A stretch of 64,000 bases of DNA. It comes from an uncultured Clostridia bacterium (lineage in GTDB: Bacteria > Bacillota_I > Bacilli_A > RF39 > UBA660). The stretch's first letter is position 1. Each line of letters starts with the position of its first letter. Made by a program: the position numbers and the translations under genes. The stretch lies in NCBI GenBank assembly GCA_945871105.1, contig CAMBUO010000004.1, positions 2,131-66,130 of the forward strand. The letters run 5' to 3'. This document shows, piece after piece, positions 10,503-20,895 of the stretch. The notes beneath the pieces were generated by a model. It had not been told where the DNA came from. It searched no databases and saw nothing but the letters and a program-made list of their open reading frames with translations.

Positions 10503-11185
10503 AAAGAATAGGTATTATTGGTGGTCTTGGTCCTTTAGCAACAGCTAAATTTATGGAACTTTTAAATGAAAAGTTAGTTTTAACTAATGAAGAAGTTGAA
10601 TTAGTAGTTATAAATGATCCTACTACTCCTGATAGAACAGCATATATTTTAGATAATAATCACGATAATCCTATTAATAATATTTTAGATATGGTTAAAA
10701 AATTAGAAATAAGTCAATGTGATGTTATTGTTATGCCTTGTAATACAGCATCTTATTTTTATAAAGAAATTCAAAATAATACTAAAGTTACTTTTATTAA
10801 TATAGTTGAAGAAACAGTTAAATATTTGAGTAGTCATAATATTAAAAAAATTGGATTACTTGCTACTTGTGGAACTATTAAAAGTAAAATATACGAAGAT
10901 TTATTAAATCATTATCATATAGAATGTGTTATTCCTAAGCAAAATGATCAAGAAATAATATCTAAAGTTATTTATGATGGAGTTAAAAGTAATAAAGATA
11001 TTGACTTAACTGATTTCTTTAATATTACTAAAAAATTATTAAATGAAGGATGTGAAAAAATAATTCTTGGTTGTACCGAATTATCAGCATTAAGAAAAAT
11101 GAAAAATATGTATCAAGATGAATTCTTAGATGCCATGGAAATATTAGCAGATAATACTATTAAGTTTATAGAAAAAGATTCTTAG
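10499..11185 (+). CDS. racD: Aspartate racemase (Asp/Glu racemase family)
   Basis: IGIIGGLGPLAT, PDRT, PCNT and GCTE catalytic cysteines. Confidence 0.88.
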   Translation: MKRIGIIGGLGPLATAKFMELLNEKLVLTNEEVELVVINDPTTPDRTAYILDNNHDNPINNILDMVKKLEISQCDVIVMPCNTASYFYKEIQNNTKVTFINIVEETVKYLSSHNIKKIGLLATCGTIKSKIYEDLLNHYHIECVIPKQNDQEIISKVIYDGVKSNKDIDLTDFFNITKKLLNEGCEKIILGCTELSALRKMKNMYQDEFLDAMEILADNTIKFIEKDS

Positions 11186-11200
11186 AGCAAGAATCTTTTT
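11172..11200. terminator. Bidirectional terminator between racD and rlmH
   Basis: AAAAAGATTCTT-agagc-AAGAATCTTTTT between convergent genes. Confidence 0.7.
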
Positions 11201-11651
11201 ATTTATGATATTCTTCATGATTAATAATTTTAAAACAACGATATATCTGTTCTAATAATATTACACGAAATAATTGATGAGGAAAAGTTAATTTAGAAAA
11301 TGATATTCTTTCATTAACAATTTTCTTTATTTCATCATCTACTCCATATGAGCCACCAATTATAAAAGTAATATTACTATTAGTAATTCTAACTTTATCT
11401 AATTTATCAGCAAGTTCTAAACTAGTATAATTTTTACCATTTATATCTAATAAAATATTATAATCTTTTAAATTAATATTTTTTAAAATATTTTCTTTTT
11501 CTTTTTGTAAAGTTTTTTTTAAATCATAATCATAATCTGGTAATTCAATGATTTCTAATTTATCATATTTGCTTATTCTTTTACTATATTCAGCTATAGC
11601 ATCTTTTAAATAATTTTCTTTAATTTTACCAGAACATATTATTTTAATCAT
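11199..11651 (-). CDS. rlmH: 23S rRNA pseudouridine-1915 N3-methyltransferase
   Basis: FIIGGSYG, TFPHQLFRVILLEQIYR, C-terminal YHK. Confidence 0.96.
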   Translation of the reverse strand: MIKIICSGKIKENYLKDAIAEYSKRISKYDKLEIIELPDYDYDLKKTLQKEKENILKNINLKDYNILLDINGKNYTSLELADKLDKVRITNSNITFIIGGSYGVDDEIKKIVNERISFSKLTFPHQLFRVILLEQIYRCFKIINHEEYHK

Positions 11652-12397
11652 ACAGTTACTATCAACTCACTTTCTTGTTTAGCTGCTTGAATTTCTATAT
11701 TGGTATTTAAAATATCTGATACAGTTTTTAGAGCAAGTTCTTCCGTATTATTTGTTTCACTTAAATGAGCAAGTACTATTTCTTTAGTATCATTTCCTAT
11801 GATTTCTTTTAAATAATTGCCGGTCATTTGATTAGATAAGTGACCTGTATCCCCAATCACTCTTTGTTTTAAAACATAAGGATATGGTCCATCCATTAAC
11901 ATTTTAGGATCATGATTACTTTCAATTATATACATATTTTTATTATGCATACACTCAAGATTTTTCTTAGATATATATCCAGTATCTGTGATATAAACAA
12001 CTGATTTGGTATCTTCTAATAAAAAGCCAACAGAAGCTTTAGCATCATGAGATGTAGGTAAAAGAGTAATTTTTAAATCATCTATAACTAACTCTTGACT
12101 AGTAATAGGCATTAAATAATCAGCATCGACAATTTTATTAATTTCTTGATACATACCTTTTGGAATATAAACAAATTTTTTTTCTCTTTTAACTAAACTA
12201 GCAAGACCAGCTATATGATCTTTATGATTATGGGTAATTAAGATAAAATCTATATCACTTGGTTTATAGTTATATTTTTCAAGAATTAATTTGGTTTTTG
12301 GATAAGAAAAGCCAACATCAATTAATATCTTTTTAGTATCAGTTAATAAAAGAGTTGAATTTCCTTTTGAACCACTTCCAAGAATAATAGCTTTCAT
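11648..12397 (-). CDS. yycJ: MBL-fold hydrolase WalJ/YycJ
   Basis: LGSGSKGNS, THNHKDH, SHDA, TDTG, ESNHD, GHLSN, HLSETNN; upstream of rlmH. Confidence 0.88.
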   Translation of the reverse strand: MKAIILGSGSKGNSTLLLTDTKKILIDVGFSYPKTKLILEKYNYKPSDIDFILITHNHKDHIAGLASLVKREKKFVYIPKGMYQEINKIVDADYLMPITSQELVIDDLKITLLPTSHDAKASVGFLLEDTKSVVYITDTGYISKKNLECMHNKNMYIIESNHDPKMLMDGPYPYVLKQRVIGDTGHLSNQMTGNYLKEIIGNDTKEIVLAHLSETNNTEELALKTVSDILNTNIEIQAAKQESELIVTV

Positions 12398-13914
12398 TAG
12401 TAGAATAACAATGGGTTATAACTAACACTTCCAGATGCATAAGGATAACCTGTCCAAATTTCAAAGTGTAAATGTGTTCCTTGCGAAGCACCAGAATTTC
12501 CCATATCTCCTATTGTATCCCCCATTTTAACATAATCACCTTTTTTTACATAACGAGATAAACTTGCTAAATGTTCATATCTTGTATAATAACCATTTTG
12601 ATGATTAATAGTAACGTAATAACCAAACGAATTATGATAAGCAACATCAACTACTACTCCTGGTTTAGCAGCATATATAGGAGAACCATAACCTGTACCA
12701 CTAATATCAACACCACGATGTAAACGTCCCCAACGCCAACCATAATTACTAGAAATAATATAGGGAATATTTGTAGGCCATCCCCAGTTACCAGCTGATA
12801 CAATTACTGGTTTTTTACCACCTTTAACAATAACTTCATTAACTACTGGTTTTATTTCTTCACTATTAGAAATTAAGGCATTGGTAATTTCCCCATTAAT
12901 TGATTTAACTTTTTGCGTAACCCTTGTTACTCCATTACTTCCTTGAACTTTAGTGTATTGTTCGCCAATTAATTTAGTATTATCATAAATATATTCAGTT
13001 TTATAAGAAATAATTTGATCAGATACAACGTGTCTTTCTTCAACCATTGAAAACATCGGATCCATAACTCCTACTGTTAAGGTTTGACCTTCGTATAATA
13101 AAGCATTTTCACTTCTTAAATCCGAATTAGCAATTAAAAGTTCGTTAACATTCATCTTATTATTATTAGCAACACTTTCTAAAGTATCACCCTTCCCAAC
13201 AGTATAAGTTGACATATTACTATCACTACCAAATAATAAAAACTGCGTTAACTCTTCTTCATTTGTATAAATTTTTTCATTAACAGGAATATATGCTTCT
13301 TTACTAGTTATTTTATCTTCAATATATAATGCTTCTATAATCTCTCCTGTATCAATTATATTGTTTTGAGTATCATTAATAAAATTTTCATATTCTTCTT
13401 CTGTTACAAATGAAAAAACTGTTTTTGTAACGGCATTTTTAAATAATTCTTTATCTAAAACATTAATTTTAACAATTTTAGCTTTTTCATCTTTTTCAGG
13501 TTCCATACCTTCTTCATAAGTATCATATATCTGCTCTGTTGAATTAGTTCTATCTATTGTAAATACATAACCTTTAATAGTAAAAGGAGTTTTTTCATTT
13601 ATTTCATTATAAATACTTTGAACACTCATAATATTGTTTTCATAAGTTACATCCTTAATTACTTTTATATCATTAGGTACATATACTTGATTAACATTAT
13701 ATTTTTCTTTTAAATCTTGTTGTTTTTCATTGATATAATCATATAATTCAGTATCTGATTTTATTAAACCAATTGGTTCTCCTTTTAAATAGACTTGATA
13801 AGATTCAGTAGGTATTTGCGTTTTAAATATATCATTTTTATTAGTTAAAAATGTAATAGCAATACTTAAAATTAAAGATATGCTTACACCTAATATTGTT
13901 TTCCCTTTATTCAT
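12397..13914 (-). CDS. Membrane-anchored LysM-G5-M23 peptidoglycan endopeptidase
   Basis: N-terminal TM, LysM (YTVGKGDTLESVA), G5-like segment, M23 motifs HRGVD and HLHFE. Confidence 0.88.
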   Translation of the reverse strand: MNKGKTILGVSISLILSIAITFLTNKNDIFKTQIPTESYQVYLKGEPIGLIKSDTELYDYINEKQQDLKEKYNVNQVYVPNDIKVIKDVTYENNIMSVQSIYNEINEKTPFTIKGYVFTIDRTNSTEQIYDTYEEGMEPEKDEKAKIVKINVLDKELFKNAVTKTVFSFVTEEEYENFINDTQNNIIDTGEIIEALYIEDKITSKEAYIPVNEKIYTNEEELTQFLLFGSDSNMSTYTVGKGDTLESVANNNKMNVNELLIANSDLRSENALLYEGQTLTVGVMDPMFSMVEERHVVSDQIISYKTEYIYDNTKLIGEQYTKVQGSNGVTRVTQKVKSINGEITNALISNSEEIKPVVNEVIVKGGKKPVIVSAGNWGWPTNIPYIISSNYGWRWGRLHRGVDISGTGYGSPIYAAKPGVVVDVAYHNSFGYYVTINHQNGYYTRYEHLASLSRYVKKGDYVKMGDTIGDMGNSGASQGTHLHFEIWTGYPYASGSVSYNPLLFY

Positions 13915-15253
13915 TCTTCTCTCCTTCATTGGTAAAATTTAAAAAAGTACTGGTATCTCTTTTAAATAATAAATTTATTGTTCCGGTTGTTCCATTACGA
14001 TGTTTTCCAATAATTAATTCACTTAAACTTGTATTATTATCAGTTCTTGCTGCTTTATTATAATAATCATCACGATATAAAAAAGCTACAATATCGGCAT
14101 CTTGTTCAATTGATCCTGATTCACGAAGATCACTCATTAGAGGTCTTTTATCTTCTCTTGATTCAACTGTTCTTGATAATTGACATAAAGCAATAACTGG
14201 TATATTTAATTCCATAGCAAGCATTTTTAAAGATCTTGAAATATCAGATACTTCTTGTTGACGATTAGCTCCATAATTTCTACCCCCAGATATTAATTGT
14301 AAATAATCAATAATAACTAAATCTAAACCTGTTGCTGAAGTTTTTAATCTTCGACATTTTGATCTAATTTCGCCAATAGTAATTCCTGGAGTATCATCAA
14401 TAAAGATATTTGTATCTTCTAATTGACTTAAAGCTTCATTAAATTTTACATAATCATTATTATTAAGTTTTCCACTCATAAATTTATAACCTTCAATTTG
14501 ACCAAGTGAAGATAACATACGATTGGCTAATTGCTCGGATCCCATTTCGAGGTTAAACAAAGCAACCGATTTATTAGTACTAACCGCAACATTAGTAGCT
14601 AAGTTTAAGGCAAAAGCTGTTTTTCCCATAGCCGGTCTTGCTCCAATTATAATTAATTGATTTTCGTGTAATCCTGATGTTATTTTATCAAAATCAGTCC
14701 ATCCGGTAGGAATTCCTGTTATATCACCTTTAGTTTCAGCTAAAGTTTGTAAATTCTTTTGCACACGATAAACTACATCTTTGATATTTTGAAATTCTGT
14801 TGATCGTTTATCTTTGACAATACTAAGAATCTTTCTTTCGGCTTCATCTAAAGTATCCGATACATTTTGAGTTGTATCATACCCCATTTGATTAACTTCA
14901 TTCGAAACTTCAATTAATCTTCGAAGTAAAGCATCATCACTAATTATTTTTAAGTAATAATCAATATTAGCAGCCGTTGACTCCGTATTTAAAACTTCCG
15001 TTAAATAAATTACTCCCCCTATTTCTTCAAGTATACCCTCATTTCGAAGTTCCGTTGTAATAGTTGTCATATCAATAGGAGCATTTTCATCATATAATTT
15101 TTTTAAACAATTAAATATTTTTCGATTATTATCATAGTAAAAAGCTGTTTCATCAACCATTTCAAAAGTTTTATCCAAAGCATTTCTTGATAAAAACATA
15201 GCACTTAAAACGGCTTGTTCAGCTTCTTGACTATTTGGTACCGTTCTTAACAT
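13907..15253 (-). CDS. dnaB: Replicative DNA helicase
   Basis: GARPAMGKT, IIDYLQL, SDLRESGSIEQDAD. Confidence 0.97.
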   Translation of the reverse strand: MLRTVPNSQEAEQAVLSAMFLSRNALDKTFEMVDETAFYYDNNRKIFNCLKKLYDENAPIDMTTITTELRNEGILEEIGGVIYLTEVLNTESTAANIDYYLKIISDDALLRRLIEVSNEVNQMGYDTTQNVSDTLDEAERKILSIVKDKRSTEFQNIKDVVYRVQKNLQTLAETKGDITGIPTGWTDFDKITSGLHENQLIIIGARPAMGKTAFALNLATNVAVSTNKSVALFNLEMGSEQLANRMLSSLGQIEGYKFMSGKLNNNDYVKFNEALSQLEDTNIFIDDTPGITIGEIRSKCRRLKTSATGLDLVIIDYLQLISGGRNYGANRQQEVSDISRSLKMLAMELNIPVIALCQLSRTVESREDKRPLMSDLRESGSIEQDADIVAFLYRDDYYNKAARTDNNTSLSELIIGKHRNGTTGTINLLFKRDTSTFLNFTNEGEKNE

Positions 15254-15254
15254 A

Positions 15255-15692
15255 TTAAATTCCTTTAGTATGGACTTTAATAGTAGCCTTAATCTCTTTA
15301 TATAAAACTATTTCAACTAAATGTATACCTAAAGTATTAATATTTTCTGTCATAATTTGTTTTTTATCAACTTTATATCCTAATTTATCTAATTCATCTT
15401 TAATTTGTTTAGAACTAATACTTCCAAACATACGACCGTTTTTTTCTTTTACTGGAAATTCAAGTGTTATTTTTTCTAATTTTTCTTTATCTTTTAAAGC
15501 TATTTCGCGATTTTTTTGATCTAATTCTTGATTTTCTTTAATTTCTGTTTTTAATTTATTTAAACTTCCTTCAGTCTTTTTTAAAGCATACCCTTTCTTA
15601 ATTAAGAAATTAATAGCATATCCATCACTTACTTCTTTAATATCACCTTTTTTACCTTGTCCCTTTAAATCCTTTAAAAATATTACTTGCAT
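15255..15692 (-). CDS. rplI: 50S ribosomal protein L9
   Basis: [31 protein letters not shown]. Start moved to ATG 15692. Confidence 0.96.
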   Translation of the reverse strand: MQVIFLKDLKGQGKKGDIKEVSDGYAINFLIKKGYALKKTEGSLNKLKTEIKENQELDQKNREIALKDKEKLEKITLEFPVKEKNGRMFGSISSKQIKDELDKLGYKVDKKQIMTENINTLGIHLVEIVLYKEIKATIKVHTKGI

Positions 15693-15754
15693 AGAAACCT
15701 CCTTGTAGGTATATTTTAACATAATTTTAAAAAAAAATAAATAGGTACCTATTC

Positions 15755-15976
15755 CTATTTATTTGTATATGGAAGTAATGCAATAGCACGTGCTTTTTTA
15801 ATTTGTTCAGCAATATGTCTTTGATGTTTTGCACATGCACCTGTAACACGACGAGGTAAAATTTTTCCTTTATCATTGATGTATTTTTTTAGAATTTCTA
15901 CATCTTTGTAATTGATATCTTTACCTGTTGTACACATATAACATACTTTTTTCTTTTTTCTATAAAATTCTGCCAT
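15755..15976 (-). CDS. rpsR: 30S ribosomal protein S18 (Zn-ribbon type)
   Basis: CYMC...[17 protein letters not shown]. Start moved to ATG 15976 after AAGGAGG. Confidence 0.96.
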   Translation of the reverse strand: MAEFYRKKKKVCYMCTTGKDINYKDVEILKKYINDKGKILPRRVTGACAKHQRHIAEQIKKARAIALLPYTNK

Positions 15977-15989
15977 TTTATCCTCCTTA

Positions 15990-16466
15990 CTAGAAAGGTA
16001 AATCGCTATCATCTATTTCTATCTTATCACCAAAATCTTTAAATGGATCAGTTTCCGTATTATTAGAAGGACTTTCATTAGAAAAATCATAAGGAGTAAC
16101 ATCATTAGTTGAATTTACATTAGTATTATTATTTTCAACTTGTCTACTTCCTTTACTATCTAAAAATTGAAATTCTTCTATAACGATATCTGTAGTATAA
16201 ACTTTTCTACCATCTGATGCATCATAAGATCCTGTTTGTATACGACCACTAATAGCAATTTGACTTCCTTTAGTTAAATATTTTTTCATAGTTTCAGCAC
16301 GATTACCAAAAGCAACAATATTAATAAAATCGGCTTCTCTCTCACCATTTTGAGTTGAAAATTGTCTATCAACAGCAATTGAAGTTCTAGCAACTGCTGT
16401 ATTATTAGCTCCATATCTTAAATCAAAATCTCTTGTTAATCGACCTACTAAAAAAACTTTGTTCAT
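15990..16466 (-). CDS. ssb: Single-stranded DNA-binding protein
   Basis: MNKVFLVGRLTRD, acidic tail DDSDLPF. Confidence 0.97.
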   Translation of the reverse strand: MNKVFLVGRLTRDFDLRYGANNTAVARTSIAVDRQFSTQNGEREADFINIVAFGNRAETMKKYLTKGSQIAISGRIQTGSYDASDGRKVYTTDIVIEEFQFLDSKGSRQVENNNTNVNSTNDVTPYDFSNESPSNNTETDPFKDFGDKIEIDDSDLPF

Positions 16467-16477
16467 AAATTACTCCT

Positions 16478-16762
16478 TTAATCTACTTTAACAACGATAT
16501 GTCTTATAATATCTTCATTAATGTTAGCAACACGATCAAACTCTTTAACTGCTTCAGGTGTTGCCTCAACAACTAATAAAAAGTAATTACCATTCTTGAA
16601 TCCTTTTACTTCATAAGCAAGTTCACGTCTTCCCATATTCTTTTCAGATACGATTTTTGCTTTTTGTTGTTCAAGAATATTTTTAATATTTGCTAAAACC
16701 GCCAAAGTTGCTTCTTCTTCTAATGTTGGTCTAACAACAAACATAAGTTCATAATTACGCAT
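16478..16762 (-). CDS. rpsF: 30S ribosomal protein S6
   Basis: MRNYELMFVVRP, GRRELAYEV; rpsF-ssb-rpsR operon. Confidence 0.97.
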   Translation of the reverse strand: MRNYELMFVVRPTLEEEATLAVLANIKNILEQQKAKIVSEKNMGRRELAYEVKGFKNGNYFLLVVEATPEAVKEFDRVANINEDIIRHIVVKVD

Positions 16763-16769
16763 TATTACA

Positions 16770-16809
16770 CCTCCTTTTGGACTAATGGACTTAAAAAAGC
16801 CAAGAAGTT
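16770..16809 (-). promoter_or_regulatory. Putative S6:S18 autoregulatory leader
   Basis: Minus strand CTTCTTGGCTTTTTTAAGTCCATTAGTCCAAAAGGAGG can fold over the SD with a CCA internal loop, at the expected position before rpsF. Confidence 0.5.
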
Positions 16810-16971
16810 TTTAAAGTAACAAATTACTTCGTACATAATATAGCATAGTTATCATAAATTTTCAAGAAATTTTTTATTCTTTTTAAGTATAAAAAAAATA
16901 GAATAACTAACTAATTTTATTCTATCTTTTATTCTTGTTGACATAAACTATTTTTTATTTTGTTTAAAGTG

Positions 16972-17718
16972 TTATTCCAAAACATTTTTTTCTACTTTTT
17001 CATCCATTTTATAAATAGTTAACTTTTCTTTATTATCACAAGTTACCAGTAATAAATCTTCAACATTATTATATCCTTCTTTTTTAAGTCTTGTTAATAA
17101 CCATTTTTCATCATGACCAATAGCTTTAATATTTTCTTTCATAATATTACCATCAATTACTAAATTAGCTGTTAAACCAGATTCACTTACTTTTAATTTT
17201 AAATCATTATTTGTAACTGGTTGATACTTAGATTTTGGTAAAAAACTAATTTTGCCACTTGGTTCCATAATAGCATAATTTATTTCTGTAATATCAAAAT
17301 AACCACTTTCTCTAGCATCTTGCATTAAATCATTGATATCGATTTTACACTTTTTTAATTGTTCTTTACTAATTTTTCCATTATCTATTAAAACAATAGG
17401 AAAACCAGTAATAAATCTTCTAGCCATAATACTTTTAGAAGTAATAAAAGAAACAAATAAAGAAAATAAAGCATAAATAGTCATCGAAGCTAATCCTTCC
17501 ATAATAGTTATTTCATCATTAACGGTCATTTCAGCTGCTATATTACCAAGAGATAATCCTATTATATAATCAAAAATATTTAATTCACTAATTTGTTTTT
17601 TACCTAAAGTTTTTATGACAAGAAAGAGATAAATAACAGCAATACTACCTTTTAACATTACTTCAATTATTTCTTTTATCATTAAATAAATCACCATTAT
17701 TAGAATAACCATTTTCAT
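16972..17718 (-). CDS. DUF421 (YetF-like) membrane protein
   Basis: LGKKQISELNIFDYIIGLSLGNIAA, AIMEPSGKISF; start uncertain. Confidence 0.85.
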   Translation of the reverse strand: MKMVILIMVIYLMIKEIIEVMLKGSIAVIYLFLVIKTLGKKQISELNIFDYIIGLSLGNIAAEMTVNDEITIMEGLASMTIYALFSLFVSFITSKSIMARRFITGFPIVLIDNGKISKEQLKKCKIDINDLMQDARESGYFDITEINYAIMEPSGKISFLPKSKYQPVTNNDLKLKVSESGLTANLVIDGNIMKENIKAIGHDEKWLLTRLKKEGYNNVEDLLLVTCDNKEKLTIYKMDEKVEKNVLE

Positions 17719-17749
17719 TATTCATATACTAAAAAGACAATAACAAATG

Positions 17750-19843
17750 CTATTGTCTCATAATTAATTGATTATCTTGGTAATCAAACGTAACTTTATC
17801 CCCATATTTTATTTCCCCGGAAATAATTTTTTCAGCTAACATAGTTTCAATTGTTCTAGAAACTGTTCTTTTCAATGGTCTTGCTCCATAGTTAACATCA
17901 TAACCAATATCTATTAAATAATTTTTAGCTGAATCCGTTAGATTAATTTTAATATTTTTATCAGATAAACGATACTCTATTTCTTTAATAATTTTATCAA
18001 GTATTTCATGAATTACTTCTTTTGATAATGGTTTAAAGATTATTACTTCATCAATACGATTAATAAACTCTGGTTTAAAAGTATTTTGAAGTTCTTGCAT
18101 AACTAAATCATTTTTACCTTCAAGAGCATATTCTGAACCTAAGTTGCTTGTCATGATTATAATAGTATTTTTAAAATCAACTGTTCGACCATTAGAATCT
18201 GTCACACGTCCATCATCAAGAATTTGGAGTAATAAATTTAAAACTTCGGGATGGGCTTTTTCTATTTCATCAAATAAAACTATACTATATGGATTACGTC
18301 TAACTGCTTCGGTTAATTGACCACCTTCTTCATATCCTACGTATCCTGGAGGTGAACCAATTAAACGAGAAACACTAAATTTTTCCATATATTCACTCAT
18401 ATCAATACGAATAATATGACTCTTATCATCAAATAATTCTAAAGCTAAAGTTTTGGCAACTTCGGTTTTACCAACACCAGTTGGTCCTAGAAAAATAAAG
18501 GAACCAATTGGACGATTAGGATCTTTAATTCCACTTCGACTTTTTAAAATACATTCACTAACAAGTTTTAAAGCTTCATCTTGACCCATAACATTTTTTT
18601 TCATATTAGCATATAAATTTAATAATTTTTCTTTTTCGCTACTAACAAGTTTTGTTAAAGGAATGTTTGTTAATTTAGAAATAACATAAGCAATATCTTC
18701 TTCATTAACAGTATCACTTAATAAACGATTTTTTTCTAAATTATTAAGTTCTTGTAATTCTTTTTCAATTCTTGGTATTTCTCCATGACGATATCTAGCT
18801 GCTGTTTCTAAATCATATCTATTTTCAGCTGTTTGTAAAGTAAATTTAGCATTTTCAAGTTCTTTTTTCTTAGCTTTAATTTGATCATTTATAGATTTTT
18901 CACGATTCCATGCTTCTTTTAATTCACTTTCTTTTTTTCTTAATTCAACCAGTTGACGTTCTATTTCTTCCATTCTTTGTTTTGATAATTCATCTTTTTC
19001 TTTTTTAATAGCTTGTTTTTCAATTTCAAGTGATAAAATATTACGGGTAACTGTATCTAGTTCAACCGGAACAGAATCCATTTGTACACGAATTGTTGCA
19101 CAGGCTTCATCAACTAAATCAATCGCTTTATCTGGTAAATAACGATCAGTTATATAACGATTAGATAAAGTAGCAGCTGCTATTAAAGCTTTATCAGTGA
19201 TTGACACCCCATGATGAATTTCAAACCTTTCTTTTAAACCACGTAAAATGGTAATAGTATCAGCAACAGTTGGCTCACTAACTTTAATTTTTTGAAAACG
19301 TCTTTCTAAAGCTCCATCTTTTTCAATGTATTTACGATATTCATTTAAAGTAGTTGCACCAATTACATGAATCTCTCCACGAGCTAACATTGGTTTTAAA
19401 ATATTAGAAGTATCCATAGCACCTTCAGCTGAATTACCAACTATCATATGAATTTCATCAATAAACATGATAATATTACCTTCACTTTTTTTGATTTCAT
19501 TTAAAACATTTTTTAAACGTTCCTCAAATTCTCCACGATACTTTGCTCCAGCTACTAAACTAGCTAAATCAAGTTCCCATATTTTTTTATCTTTTAAACT
19601 ATTAGGTACATCTCCTGCAATAATACGATTAGCAAGTCCTTCAACAATAGCTGTTTTTCCAACACCTGGTTCACCTATTAAAACAGGATTATTCTTGGTT
19701 TTTCTTGATAAAATACGCGTAATACTACGAATCTCTTCATCTCGACCAATTACTGGATCAATTTTACCATTCCTAGCATCTTGAGTTATATCACGACCAT
19801 ACTTTTCTAAAACATTTTCTTTTTCTTCATTATTTTGATACAT
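17750..19843 (-). CDS. clpB: Chaperone ClpB (no N-terminal Clp-repeat domain)
   Basis: Two AAA+ modules ([16 protein letters not shown]), coiled-coil middle domain, GARPLKR; starts directly at LEKYGRD. Confidence 0.92.
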   Translation of the reverse strand: MYQNNEEKENVLEKYGRDITQDARNGKIDPVIGRDEEIRSITRILSRKTKNNPVLIGEPGVGKTAIVEGLANRIIAGDVPNSLKDKKIWELDLASLVAGAKYRGEFEERLKNVLNEIKKSEGNIIMFIDEIHMIVGNSAEGAMDTSNILKPMLARGEIHVIGATTLNEYRKYIEKDGALERRFQKIKVSEPTVADTITILRGLKERFEIHHGVSITDKALIAAATLSNRYITDRYLPDKAIDLVDEACATIRVQMDSVPVELDTVTRNILSLEIEKQAIKKEKDELSKQRMEEIERQLVELRKKESELKEAWNREKSINDQIKAKKKELENAKFTLQTAENRYDLETAARYRHGEIPRIEKELQELNNLEKNRLLSDTVNEEDIAYVISKLTNIPLTKLVSSEKEKLLNLYANMKKNVMGQDEALKLVSECILKSRSGIKDPNRPIGSFIFLGPTGVGKTEVAKTLALELFDDKSHIIRIDMSEYMEKFSVSRLIGSPPGYVGYEEGGQLTEAVRRNPYSIVLFDEIEKAHPEVLNLLLQILDDGRVTDSNGRTVDFKNTIIIMTSNLGSEYALEGKNDLVMQELQNTFKPEFINRIDEVIIFKPLSKEVIHEILDKIIKEIEYRLSDKNIKINLTDSAKNYLIDIGYDVNYGARPLKRTVSRTIETMLAEKIISGEIKYGDKVTFDYQDNQLIMRQ

Positions 19844-19894
19844 ATTTTCATCCCCTTTACTTATAATATGTCCTAATTACATATTTCAATACTA

Positions 19895-19922
19895 ATTATA
19901 CTCACATTTTAGCACTTGTCAA
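19895..19922 (-). promoter_or_regulatory. SigA-type promoter of clpB
   Basis: Minus strand TTGACA-16 nt-TATAAT; the -35 lies inside the CIRCE. Confidence 0.75.
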
Positions 19923-19935
19923 TATTGAGTGCTAA
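19909..19935. promoter_or_regulatory. CIRCE element (HrcA operator)
   Basis: TTAGCACTT-N9-GAGTGCTAA, one mismatch to TTAGCACTC-N9-GAGTGCTAA, upstream of clpB. Confidence 0.93.
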
Positions 19936-19995
19936 TTTCTTTTAAAAAAATAATTAGACGCTTATCTAATTATTAATTTATCAAAATTTATAATA

Positions 19996-20895
19996 TTACA
20001 CTTTTAAATATTTTCTTACTGCTCTTCCTGATCCTATCATTCCTACTAAAATACCAATTCCTATTACAACAAGAGATGCAATATAGATAAATGGTTCAGG
20101 TCTTACTAATTTAATTAAATCTGTAAATAATTTGCCACCAAAATAGTTATATAAGGCATAATAACCATAAATTAAAATACAAACTGGAATAATTGATCCA
20201 ATAAAACCTAAAATCATACCCTCAACAACAAAAGGTAATTTAATAGCAAAGTTACTTGCACCAACTAAACGCATAATTGATATTTCTCTTTTTCGCGAGA
20301 ATATCGTTAATTTAATCGTATTAACAATTAAAAACATTGTCATTAAAATAAGAGCTAAAACAGCAAAGATTGATACTTTTTGCACTACTTTGAAAACTGT
20401 TACTAATTGATCAACCATACCTTCACCATATTTAACAACATCAATTGAATCTAAATTTTTAATAGTTGTTGCTGTTTCCCCTATTTTTTCAATATCTTTT
20501 ACTTTAATTAAATATGTATGCTGTAATGGATTTTCAGTATCATCCCACTCACTCATAGCATTTTTAAAAGCTTCATCTTCTTTCATCATTTCTTCTTTTA
20601 TTTCGGTTTTACTACGAAAAGTAATCGATTCAACATTACTAATACTTTCAATATCAAGTTTTAATTTGGCTATATTTACTTCATCAGCATCATTAGAGAC
20701 AAAGGCAACAATAGTTAAATCTTTTTTTAATTCTGATGAAAAATTATCAACATTGTAACCAACAACAATTGAAATAGCCACAATAATTAAAGTAATAATA
20801 ATACAAGAAATAGATGCAAGTGATAAAGAAAAATTTCTTCCAACACTTTTAAAAGCATCTCGAATACTTCTTCCTAAGATTCTAAAGAATTTCAT
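19996..20895 (-). CDS. ftsX: Cell division permease FtsX
   Basis: NTIKLTIFSRKREISIMRLVGA, four TMs, downstream of ftsE. Confidence 0.93.
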   Translation of the reverse strand: MKFFRILGRSIRDAFKSVGRNFSLSLASISCIIITLIIVAISIVVGYNVDNFSSELKKDLTIVAFVSNDADEVNIAKLKLDIESISNVESITFRSKTEIKEEMMKEDEAFKNAMSEWDDTENPLQHTYLIKVKDIEKIGETATTIKNLDSIDVVKYGEGMVDQLVTVFKVVQKVSIFAVLALILMTMFLIVNTIKLTIFSRKREISIMRLVGASNFAIKLPFVVEGMILGFIGSIIPVCILIYGYYALYNYFGGKLFTDLIKLVRPEPFIYIASLVVIGIGILVGMIGSGRAVRKYLKV

